Positions 56,333-64,000 of a stretch of DNA of 64,000 bases are shown here, one piece after another. Origin of the DNA: Bacteroidia bacterium (GTDB taxonomy: Bacteria; Bacteroidota; Bacteroidia; SXHM01); NCBI GenBank assembly GCA_050186075.1, contig JBFWYU010000013.1, forward strand, positions 6,185 to 70,184. Direction: 5' to 3'. The notes under the pieces are model-generated. The model did no database searches and was not told the origin of the DNA. It worked only from the letters and a program-made list of their open reading frames with translations. The number at the start of each line of letters is the position of its first letter. Position 1 is the stretch's first letter. A program made the translations under genes and the position numbers.

Positions 56333-57376
56333 TTAATTAAAATAAAAATTCCCCGGAATAACACCCACCTGAAATGAATCAACAAGCGTTCCGCTCAGCG
56401 TATAGCGCAGTACATAGCCATTCTGAACAAAGTCCTTTGCATCTGTTCCGAATAAATAATCAGAAACAGGATCAATACCTATGTTGTAAAAGCTGCGGTT
56501 AATTAAAGCAGCTGAAGGCAAGGCGCTGGCGTTGATGTCCACTTCATATACACCGCCATTAAGGGTGTAATACAGTTTTGTTTTTGCCTCGTTGGTTACT
56601 AATCCTGCCGGATGGTCGGAAGCAGAGCTAAATGTTAAGCTGAGTTCAATTGCTTTGGTGGCAGGGTTTACGCGCACTAATTTGCCGGGCGTATCGTTGG
56701 CCGGATTTACCCAGTCTAGAATTCCGTTACACAGTATCCACAGTTTTTCGTTGGCATCCAATGCCAGCGCTTTGGGGTTATGTCCGGGTGTAAACGTTGC
56801 GGTAACGGCATTGGTAGCTGTGTTGATAACAGCAACCGTGCTGTCTTTATCATATCCGCCTGAGTTGGCTACAAATACTTCGCTGTCTATGAGTTTCATT
56901 TGTTCCGGCCCCTGTCCGCCTGTAGCAATGGTAGCCGTTACGGTGTTATTGTCAAGGTCAATTACTTTTACTCCCGAAGCCCAATCGGTGATGTAGCCGG
57001 TGTTTTCGTCAATGCCCAGAAAAAATCGGGGCGTTCCCAGGTTTTCAATTACACCGGTTGATGCAAAATCAGCAACAGTTACAACTTCCACTTTAGCAGC
57101 ATTGTTTACAATAATGTATGCTTTGTTATTATGCACTTCAATGGAGTTAACAATGTTTCCGAGCGGACGATTATTGACCACTTCAAAAATATTGTTGCTT
57201 ACCTCGCCCGATGTTCGGTTATAAAAACTTACTGTTCCTGTTCCTGTGCCAAAAGGCCCTTCATTGGTAATAAATACACCTGTTTCGTAAGCACCTTGCG
57301 GTGTGTTGTTGTCATCGGGTTTGCAACCGCTAAGCGCTGCGATTAATAAAAATGGTAATATTAGTTTTTTGTTCAT
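56333..57376 (-). CDS. Surface lipoprotein with a beta-propeller fold, BtuG-like candidate (vitamin B12-binding accessory protein)
   Basis: The lipobox is ALSGC, and there are repeated ~40-aa beta-blade-like segments. It sits immediately downstream of a riboswitch-controlled TonB-dependent receptor, as btuG does in Bacteroides B12 loci. Confidence 0.45.
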   Translation of the reverse strand: MNKKLILPFLLIAALSGCKPDDNNTPQGAYETGVFITNEGPFGTGTGTVSFYNRTSGEVSNNIFEVVNNRPLGNIVNSIEVHNNKAYIIVNNAAKVEVVTVADFASTGVIENLGTPRFFLGIDENTGYITDWASGVKVIDLDNNTVTATIATGGQGPEQMKLIDSEVFVANSGGYDKDSTVAVINTATNAVTATFTPGHNPKALALDANEKLWILCNGILDWVNPANDTPGKLVRVNPATKAIELSLTFSSASDHPAGLVTNEAKTKLYYTLNGGVYEVDINASALPSAALINRSFYNIGIDPVSDYLFGTDAKDFVQNGYVLRYTLSGTLVDSFQVGVIPGNFYFN

Positions 57377-57401
57377 GGATGTTGTTTTTTGAGGGTTATT
57401 A

Positions 57402-59429
57402 TTAGTTGTTATTTGAAAATTTAAAATTCAGCGAAACCGTAAAGTTCCTTCCCGGCATAGGGCGGTAGGCCAGCGTTTGATAGGTGGTATTCCAGATATT
57501 ATTTATTCTGAAGCCCAAGCCGATAGCATATTTATTCAGCATCAGGTTATAGTTTAAAAGCACATTGCCCACCGTGAATCCGGGTAGCGAGGCTGCATTG
57601 TCGGAGGTTGTAAAACGTTTGCCCGTATACGTTTGTGAATAGGAAAAGAAAACCGTTTTCCACTTGAAATTAAAAGATGCACTCAGATTATGCTGCGGCA
57701 CATAAATCAATTGTTTATCAATGCTGGCTTGCAATGCATCCGAGGTTTTAATAATGGTTGAAAGAGTGTAGGAATAAAATACGTTAATGCCGCTTTCAAT
57801 GCTGCCTTTCTTAAATCGTAAACCAGCGTTGCTTTCCAATCCGCGGGCCCATACTTTTTGCAGGTTTACAGGAGTCCAGATATTGGTATTGGTTGCTAAA
57901 GGTTGCCATAGAATCCAGTTATCAATCACCGAACTGAATGCCGTTGCTGAAAACAAAGGCGTAAACAATTTTGTGGAATCATTGAACGAAGTAAATAGTC
58001 CTGCCTCGGCATTCCATCCGCTTTCGGGCTTCAGGTCGGGGTTTCCGCCCGGCACCCAAAAGCGGTCGTTCATAGTAGGCACACGGTAGCTGCGTGAAAC
58101 ATTTGCCTTTGCTGAAAGCGAGCGCCATACTTTTCCTTCCATTCCTAATGAAGGGGTAAAGGGAACAGTATAGCCTTCTACTAATTCCTGACGCAGGTTT
58201 ACGGTTGCCTTCCAGTTTATTTTGGTAAAAGGGTAGAGGAACGAGAGAAATGCTGCCGCCTGATTACGTGTTTTGGCCGTGCTGTATTGAACAATGTCGG
58301 CATAGTAATAGGTGTAATTAATACCAACGTTGAGCTTTGCTTTTTTGAATACCTGTGTTGCAAATTCTGCTTCGCTGATAATGCCTTGTGTATTTACTTT
58401 TTCATGAATATTTTGATCTAAGTTTGATGTATCTTTAAACGGAGCCCAGTCATAGCGTAGGTATTCATTCAGCCAAGCAACTTTTGTTTTTAGTGTTGAT
58501 TTTGTAAATAGCTTTTTTGCTTCGAGCAAGAACCTGAATGAACTATCACTTTGTTGCTCGTTATTATCAACGCTGGTCATAGAAGGCGGCAGGTTGCGGT
58601 GTGTATAGGTATGCCAGGCATGCAGCGCAACACTGTAATTGCGCTTAAACAGGCGGTGAATTTCGGCTGTTGCGCCATAGCTGAAATAATCAGCGCTAAC
58701 CAGTCTCTCTCTTGGGTTGCCAAACTTTGCGGTGTTGCTGTAAGGGAAATTGTTTTCGCATTCACGGTAATAGCCGGCTACCCGCGAATACCATTTATTG
58801 TTGGAGAAAACGCCCGAGCCCGAGCCTTCATATAATCCAAAACTTCCGCTTAATCCTGAAAGAGAAATGTTTATCGCTTTTTTAAAATCAGGTTGTGAGT
58901 TGAGGTGAACAGCTCCTCCAATTACTCCGCTGCCGTAAAGCGAAGCCGAGCTGCCCAGCTGAATTTCTGCACTGTTAATAAGCACCGAAGGAATAAGCGC
59001 AAAATCAGAAAGCCCCAGATTAGGCGGATTGATATTTATCCCATTCCAGAATAAGCCTGTATGAGCAGGTCCTGTGCCGCGAATACTGATAGTAGCAAGG
59101 CTTCCCTGTCCGTAGGTTTTTAAAAACACCGCGCTGTTGTCCGAAATCAGTTCTGCTAAGTTCAGCAAATGACTTGCATCAAATTTCTTGCGGTCAATTT
59201 TAATACTGCTTAAGCCGGTGCTAAAATCATTCAGCCGGGTTTCATCAATTTTTACTTCGGGTAATTTATAAACCGTGTCGCCTGAGGCGACAGGATTTAT
59301 TTTTTGGGAAAAGGCAGAGCCGGTGCAGACTATGCACAGCGCAACCGAAAAAATAATTCTGCAATAAAACACGCAGAAAGAATCAATACTTGAAACAAAC
59401 GATAAACTGATTTTACTCAGTCCGCTCAA
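57402..59429 (-). CDS. btuB: TonB-dependent receptor, predicted cobalamin transporter (BtuB-like)
   Basis: It has a signal peptide, a plug domain (ISIRGTGPAHTGLFWNGININ), and a beta-barrel with a C-terminal aromatic residue. A cobalamin riboswitch sits in its 5' leader. Confidence 0.7.
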   Translation of the reverse strand: MSGLSKISLSFVSSIDSFCVFYCRIIFSVALCIVCTGSAFSQKINPVASGDTVYKLPEVKIDETRLNDFSTGLSSIKIDRKKFDASHLLNLAELISDNSAVFLKTYGQGSLATISIRGTGPAHTGLFWNGININPPNLGLSDFALIPSVLINSAEIQLGSSASLYGSGVIGGAVHLNSQPDFKKAINISLSGLSGSFGLYEGSGSGVFSNNKWYSRVAGYYRECENNFPYSNTAKFGNPRERLVSADYFSYGATAEIHRLFKRNYSVALHAWHTYTHRNLPPSMTSVDNNEQQSDSSFRFLLEAKKLFTKSTLKTKVAWLNEYLRYDWAPFKDTSNLDQNIHEKVNTQGIISEAEFATQVFKKAKLNVGINYTYYYADIVQYSTAKTRNQAAAFLSFLYPFTKINWKATVNLRQELVEGYTVPFTPSLGMEGKVWRSLSAKANVSRSYRVPTMNDRFWVPGGNPDLKPESGWNAEAGLFTSFNDSTKLFTPLFSATAFSSVIDNWILWQPLATNTNIWTPVNLQKVWARGLESNAGLRFKKGSIESGINVFYSYTLSTIIKTSDALQASIDKQLIYVPQHNLSASFNFKWKTVFFSYSQTYTGKRFTTSDNAASLPGFTVGNVLLNYNLMLNKYAIGLGFRINNIWNTTYQTLAYRPMPGRNFTVSLNFKFSNNN

Positions 59430-59444
59430 TACTTTTTACCCGAA

Positions 59445-59612
59445 AGCATTAAACCTTTGTCGGGCTATGGCAGGTCTTCTGACTCGTTCTTTTTCGGAGC
59501 CTTCCCGTCTCCGCCTTAGGCAGATAACAGTGGCAAAGAATTCCGAAAACTAAAAGAACTTACAGCAGCGGGAACTGTTCAGGATTTACACCTGATTCCC
59601 ATTTTAATCCTG
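59445..59612 (-). ncRNA. Cobalamin (B12) riboswitch in the btuB-like leader
   Basis: The minus-strand RNA reads ...GGGAAUCAGGUGUAAAUCCUGAACAGUUCCCGCUGCUGUAAG...UUGCCACUGUUAUCUGCCUAAGGCGGAGACGGGAAGGC... This contains the conserved GGUG..AAUCC..ACAG..CCGCUGCUGUAAG core and the B12 box GCCACUG followed by GGGAAGGC. A hairpin (CCCGACAAAGG...CUUUCGGG) abuts the start codon. A TAgtTTTG promoter motif lies ~35 nt upstream. Confidence 0.8.
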
Positions 59613-59735
59613 TGAATTTGACATCTTCACTAAGAACCATCGCTTGGGCGCAAAACTATAAATTTGTGCTTAATAAATAAGATTAAATTTATTTTCATAA
59701 ACTTGCTGAAAATTAAGCACCCTCCGAATATATTT

Positions 59736-60623
59736 ATGAATAGAATAATACTTTCACTTACAGCACTTGCATTTTCAACTTCGCTTTTTGCCCAAACACA
59801 GCAAGAGTATGAAATTATAATGAACGGTAAAAAAGAAAAAGTTTCTATCGGTAAGCAATATAAATTTATCACACCCAAAGGCGATACGGTTGTTTACCAG
59901 TTGAACAATGCACCTCAGAAAACAGTTGCTGATCAGCCCAAGATAAATGATAAAGCTGCCACCACCACTAATTATAAAGAACCGGCAACAACAGAAACAA
60001 AGCCTGTTAAAACAGAAGGGCTTTCGGAAATAGAACGCCTGAAAGAAGAAGCCAGGCAGAAGCTGAAAGGCAATGCTGTAACAACAGCTAACCAGCCTGC
60101 TGCCGATGCAAAACCTGCCGATACCAAAAAGGCAGCGGCAGAAAAAGAAACAAAAACAATTGCAACTGAAAAAATTAAAGAGCCAGTAAAAGCAGAGAAA
60201 AAAGCAGCACAGGCTGTTTTGGAAAAAGAAGAAAAAAAAGTTGCCGAAGTTGTTCCCGGAAAATATGATTTCAAGAAATATTATGTGGCCGACCAGAATA
60301 TTAATGCCAATAACATTGCCGCTCAGGATACTTTAACGTTTGTAGCAACAGACCTTTCGGTTTACAAAGATTTCCCAAGCCTGCAGTTTGGTTCAGAAAA
60401 CAGTCTCTCGGTTTGTTACGACTATATTGTAAAAGCCTATCATGGCTACGATCAGGAATTGCTGGATAAATATACTTCGCGCTACAAAGTTTGTCAGCCG
60501 GGTAAATGGAGCGAGAAAGGTAAAACTGCTGAGGTGTATTTGGATACTAAAACAGGTAAGAAAAAACTGTATTACTCCATCATTCAGTTAGACGATAAAA
60601 ACCTAGTGCTCGTTAAACGTTAA
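59736..60623 (+). CDS. Secreted low-complexity (K/E/A/T-rich) protein with a C-terminal globular domain
   Basis: The signal peptide is MNRIILSLTALAFSTSLFAQ. I chose the internal start, because the ORF track's start at 59664 would run into the riboswitch promoter region. Confidence 0.5.
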   Translation: MNRIILSLTALAFSTSLFAQTQQEYEIIMNGKKEKVSIGKQYKFITPKGDTVVYQLNNAPQKTVADQPKINDKAATTTNYKEPATTETKPVKTEGLSEIERLKEEARQKLKGNAVTTANQPAADAKPADTKKAAAEKETKTIATEKIKEPVKAEKKAAQAVLEKEEKKVAEVVPGKYDFKKYYVADQNINANNIAAQDTLTFVATDLSVYKDFPSLQFGSENSLSVCYDYIVKAYHGYDQELLDKYTSRYKVCQPGKWSEKGKTAEVYLDTKTGKKKLYYSIIQLDDKNLVLVKR

Positions 60624-62092
60624 TGCTCAAGCACTGTTCGTCTTTTCTTTTCGTTAGTTTCTTCTTCTCTTTTTTTCTCAACGCTCAAAACAGCGAAACA
60701 GAAAAACTGGTAGCTTCTTTACTTGGTCATACCCAGATACAGGACGATTTGCATGAGCTGTGCGATAAAATCGGAGGCCGTGTTACCGGTACTGAAGCTA
60801 ATGAGAAGGCCATTGAATGGGGCGTGAGAAAATTCAAAGAAGCAGGAGTGGAGGTAAGAAAAGAAGCTTTTCAAATGCCCTCTCTGTGGGACGAAAAGAG
60901 TTGCACTGCCAAAATCTCAGGCACCGCTAATTTCTCACCAAGAGTGGTTTCACGCGCCTTTTCCGTAGGTACAACTCCTACCGGTTTAGAAGCAGAATTG
61001 GTTTCAGTCGGCTATGGAACAGAAGATGATTTTAAGAGAGCGGGCGATAAAGTAAAAGACAAATTTGTTCTTGTTACAACTGATGAACTGACTGAATTGG
61101 GTGGTCTTTTTAAAGAGTATAATGATGCACATGAGATAGAAGGCAGGGCAATGGCAGCTCAGGTAAAAGGAGTTATTTACATGTCATCACGCCCTAAGAA
61201 ATTATTATTCCGCCACCTTGCCTCACGCGGATATAACAACACCTTGCCGCTTGTTGTCATGGCGCGTGATGATGCCTCGCGTTGTCTTCGCATTCTGGAT
61301 AAAGGCGGCAAATTGAATATTAATCTGAATATTGAATTAACAACAGGTGGCTCCTACACTTCTTACAATGTTATTGGCGAAATAAAAGGCAGCGAAAAAC
61401 CGGATGAAGTTGTATTGATCGGTGCTCACCTCGATTCGTGGGGAATGGGAACAGGAGCCAATGATAACGGTTGCAATGTATCATTGGTGATTGATATGGC
61501 ACGCCAAATGACGCTGCTGGGAATTAAACCTAAGCGTACTATTCGGTTTGCGCTTTGGAATGGAGAAGAACAATGCATCTGCGGTTCGTATGCCTATACA
61601 CAGCAACACGAAAAAGAATTAGATAAGCACGTTGTGATTGCTTCCATTGACATCGGCAGCGGAAAGATTACAGGTTTCTTTACCGGCAATCGTCCGGAGT
61701 TGGATGCAGAAACTAAAAAAGCATTGGAAAGTGTTGCCTCACTTGGCCCTTTTGAAAATGCAGATGTGCCCATTGTAGGCACCGACAATTATGATTTTAT
61801 GATGCAGGGGGTTCCTAATCTGGTTGGTAAACAGGAAGGTGCCAATTATTGCTCCGATTATCATTGCGAAAGCGATACCTATGATAAAGTGAATCTGCAA
61901 AATCTGAAACTAAATTCGGCCATTGCAGCTGCTACTATGTTGCATTTTGCTAACCTTGACAAGGTAACATTGAAAAGACAAAGCCGTAATGAGGTGCAGA
62001 AAATGATAGACGAAACTAAACTGGAAGTTCCTATGAAGGCCTTTGAATACTGGCAAGGTTGGTTAGACGGAACAAGAGGCCGAAAACCATAA
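60623..62092 (+). CDS. M28-family zinc aminopeptidase with a PA domain
   Basis: It has a signal peptide and GAHLDSWGMGTGANDNGCNV (the H.D...G..DNG.G metal-binding pattern of M28). Confidence 0.75.
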   Translation: MLKHCSSFLFVSFFFSFFLNAQNSETEKLVASLLGHTQIQDDLHELCDKIGGRVTGTEANEKAIEWGVRKFKEAGVEVRKEAFQMPSLWDEKSCTAKISGTANFSPRVVSRAFSVGTTPTGLEAELVSVGYGTEDDFKRAGDKVKDKFVLVTTDELTELGGLFKEYNDAHEIEGRAMAAQVKGVIYMSSRPKKLLFRHLASRGYNNTLPLVVMARDDASRCLRILDKGGKLNINLNIELTTGGSYTSYNVIGEIKGSEKPDEVVLIGAHLDSWGMGTGANDNGCNVSLVIDMARQMTLLGIKPKRTIRFALWNGEEQCICGSYAYTQQHEKELDKHVVIASIDIGSGKITGFFTGNRPELDAETKKALESVASLGPFENADVPIVGTDNYDFMMQGVPNLVGKQEGANYCSDYHCESDTYDKVNLQNLKLNSAIAAATMLHFANLDKVTLKRQSRNEVQKMIDETKLEVPMKAFEYWQGWLDGTRGRKP

Positions 62093-63973
62093 TTGAAAAA
62101 CAGCGTGCAAACAAATCACTTTAAACTCTTCTGCCCATCATTGAAATTTATTATCCTTTTTGCTCTTCCTCTTTTTTCTTTCGGACAAAAGATGAATGAT
62201 GTAATGGGCAGCGGACTGCCGCATCCCGTTGATTTGCGCAAAGCGATTTCTTCTTTTAATTGCGGTAAGGTTGAAAGTGTTGATACAGCAGTTGTAAAAC
62301 ATTATCTGCTTTCAACTATTACCAATTTAAAGGGCACAGATTTTTCAGTTGAATACCTTGAAGGCAAGCAAAGCAAAACGGGTTTACATTACTTATATCG
62401 TCAGAATTATCATGGTAAGCCTGTTTACCGCGGAACCATAAAAATCAATCTGGATAAAAACGGAAACATTGTTTCGTTGTTTGATAATACGTACAATATT
62501 ACTGAAGAGCCCGCAGGAGAATTTCCCGACATTGAAGATTGTTATGACATTGTAAAGTCTATTTACAAAGAGGAAAATGAAATCATCAAAATTTTCATTG
62601 AGGATTTGTATTTTGATCTTGGCTCAAGACTTATTCCGGCTTCCAGAATTGAGCTTTGGGATAAGAAGGGAAATTTTTTTGAGTTGATTATAGACTCTGA
62701 AGAAACGGTTGTTTATGAGCGCGACATGAATAGTTATTTTAACAATAACCGAATTCATGATGTGGATACTCCTGCACTGGCAAGAGTTTTTAATCCTGAT
62801 CCGCTTACTACGGCAGGAGTTACGTATGGTACTCCTTATGAAGATGCATCAGATGCAGATATTTCGCAATTGAATATGCAGCGCCAGCAGGTAACTATTG
62901 ATGTTGCATTTGAAAACGACACGTTTAAACTGGAAAGTCCTTATTGCCTGATTACAGACCATTCAATTCCTGATGTGGCACCCGTTACAAGCCTTAGCCC
63001 TGATTTTGAATTTGCACGTTCGCAAGATGGATTTGAGGATGTGAATGCTTTTTACCATATCAATGTTTATCATGATTATGTGCAACAGTTGGGCTTTGAC
63101 AATATTGTTGATTATCCTATTTGGGTTGATACGCACGCAATGGGCGGAGCAGATAATTCAAATTTCAGCGCGGCAGGAAGTCCGCCACGCCTTTCTTTTG
63201 GCGAAGGCGGTGTAGATGATGCCGAAGATGCAGATGTGGTTATTCACGAATACGGGCACGCTATTTCTCATTCCGCTGCACCCAACACAAATTCAGGAAC
63301 AGAAAGAACCGCCTTGGATGAGGCGATTGGCGACTATTTTGCAGCTTCTTATTCAAAGACAATTAATTCTTTTAACTGGCAAAAAGTTTTTTCGTGGGAT
63401 GGACATAACCCCTTTTGGAACGGCCGTGTAGTTGAAAGTGATAAGCATTATCCTGAAAATTTGCAGAATAATCTCTACAAAGATGCTGAGCTATGGTCAT
63501 CAACCATGATGCAGATTATGGATGATATTGGCAGAGAAAGAACGGATGAAATTATGATTGAGGCTTTACATAGTTTTGCTTCCAATATGTCTATGACCGA
63601 TGCGGCAAATCTGGTAATTGCTGCAGATGTTTCACTCAACGGTGGCGGCTATGTTGCCCCTATTCGTTACTGGATGTGTATGCGCGGTTTTATTCCCTGC
63701 GATGTTGGTGTAGCTGAGCTAAGCAAAAACTATTTTACTATGCTGAATTCGTATGGATTTTCAGCCCGAAATGAACACGCTGTTATACGTTTTAATGCTC
63801 CCCAAACCGGAGTGATGGAACTAACCGATGCAACGGGAAGAATTATATCCTCGGAACAATTTTCGGGTGCTCAGGAGGTGAAAATTTCGCCTGAAAACCT
63901 TTCGGCAGGAATTTATTTGACGAATGTAACAACGCAAAACTTCAGCAGCAGTTACAAGCTGATGAAATGGTGA
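62093..63973 (+). CDS. Thermolysin-like (M4/M36-type gluzincin) zinc metalloprotease with an N-terminal propeptide-like region and a T9SS type-A C-terminal sorting domain
   Basis: It has VVIHEYGHAISH (HExxH) with a downstream LDEAIGDYF (third-ligand Glu, as in NEAxSD of thermolysin). The CTD is VIRFNAPQ...GIYLTNV...KLMKW. Confidence 0.7.
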   Translation: MKNSVQTNHFKLFCPSLKFIILFALPLFSFGQKMNDVMGSGLPHPVDLRKAISSFNCGKVESVDTAVVKHYLLSTITNLKGTDFSVEYLEGKQSKTGLHYLYRQNYHGKPVYRGTIKINLDKNGNIVSLFDNTYNITEEPAGEFPDIEDCYDIVKSIYKEENEIIKIFIEDLYFDLGSRLIPASRIELWDKKGNFFELIIDSEETVVYERDMNSYFNNNRIHDVDTPALARVFNPDPLTTAGVTYGTPYEDASDADISQLNMQRQQVTIDVAFENDTFKLESPYCLITDHSIPDVAPVTSLSPDFEFARSQDGFEDVNAFYHINVYHDYVQQLGFDNIVDYPIWVDTHAMGGADNSNFSAAGSPPRLSFGEGGVDDAEDADVVIHEYGHAISHSAAPNTNSGTERTALDEAIGDYFAASYSKTINSFNWQKVFSWDGHNPFWNGRVVESDKHYPENLQNNLYKDAELWSSTMMQIMDDIGRERTDEIMIEALHSFASNMSMTDAANLVIAADVSLNGGGYVAPIRYWMCMRGFIPCDVGVAELSKNYFTMLNSYGFSARNEHAVIRFNAPQTGVMELTDATGRIISSEQFSGAQEVKISPENLSAGIYLTNVTTQNFSSSYKLMKW

Positions 63974-64000
63974 ATTGTCACGACAGAATAATCATCTGTT

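Noticed and set aside
59630-59878. 82-aa minus-strand ORF upstream of the riboswitch
   Set aside because: It overlaps the riboswitch promoter and the 5' end of the + strand secreted-protein gene. It has low complexity and no supporting signals.

Overview
This 64 kb window is a chromosomal segment that looks like Bacteroidota (Sphingobacteriia/Chitinophagia-like): moderate GC, several T9SS C-terminal sorting domains, and Bacteroidota-style TAnnTTTG promoters. All calls below are from reading the sequence and the ORF translations by eye; no searches were run, and coordinates I counted by hand may be off by 1-2 nt.

Gene content: a core-metabolism and translation set (carB, nadC, rlmH, trmH-like, PGM/PMM-family mutase, NUDIX CoA pyrophosphatase); an envelope glycosylation cluster (YfhO-like GT-C, three GT4 glycosyltransferases, Wzx-like flippase); a two-component pair (HisKA sensor kinase plus OmpR-type regulator); a divergent MarR/unknown-protein pair; two TonB-dependent receptors; and at least eight predicted T9SS cargo proteins. 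The cargo set comprises a partial giant adhesin, a Gly-rich protein, an esterase, a lipase, a PKD-domain protein, a PhoD phosphatase, a cupredoxin and an M4-like metalloprotease.

One TonB-dependent receptor carries a cobalamin riboswitch in its leader and is followed by a BtuG-like beta-propeller lipoprotein, which makes a B12-uptake locus.

Non-genic structure worth attention:
- A compound satellite (two back-to-back 21-bp tandem arrays plus a 38-nt duplication) sits next to an AT-rich HNH endonuclease gene.
- An IS200/RAYT-like Y1 transposase is flanked by hairpin terminal inverted repeats.
- Two copies of a ~90-bp nested-palindrome (REP/MITE-like) element are present, plus shorter recurring palindromes.
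- A 76-bp CATAG/CTATG palindrome lies in the divergent region upstream of carB and overlaps the GTG start of the adjacent alpha/beta hydrolase.

I could not assign a function to any candidate 'new system'. The most unusual locus is the satellite/HNH region at 2.4-3.9 kb.
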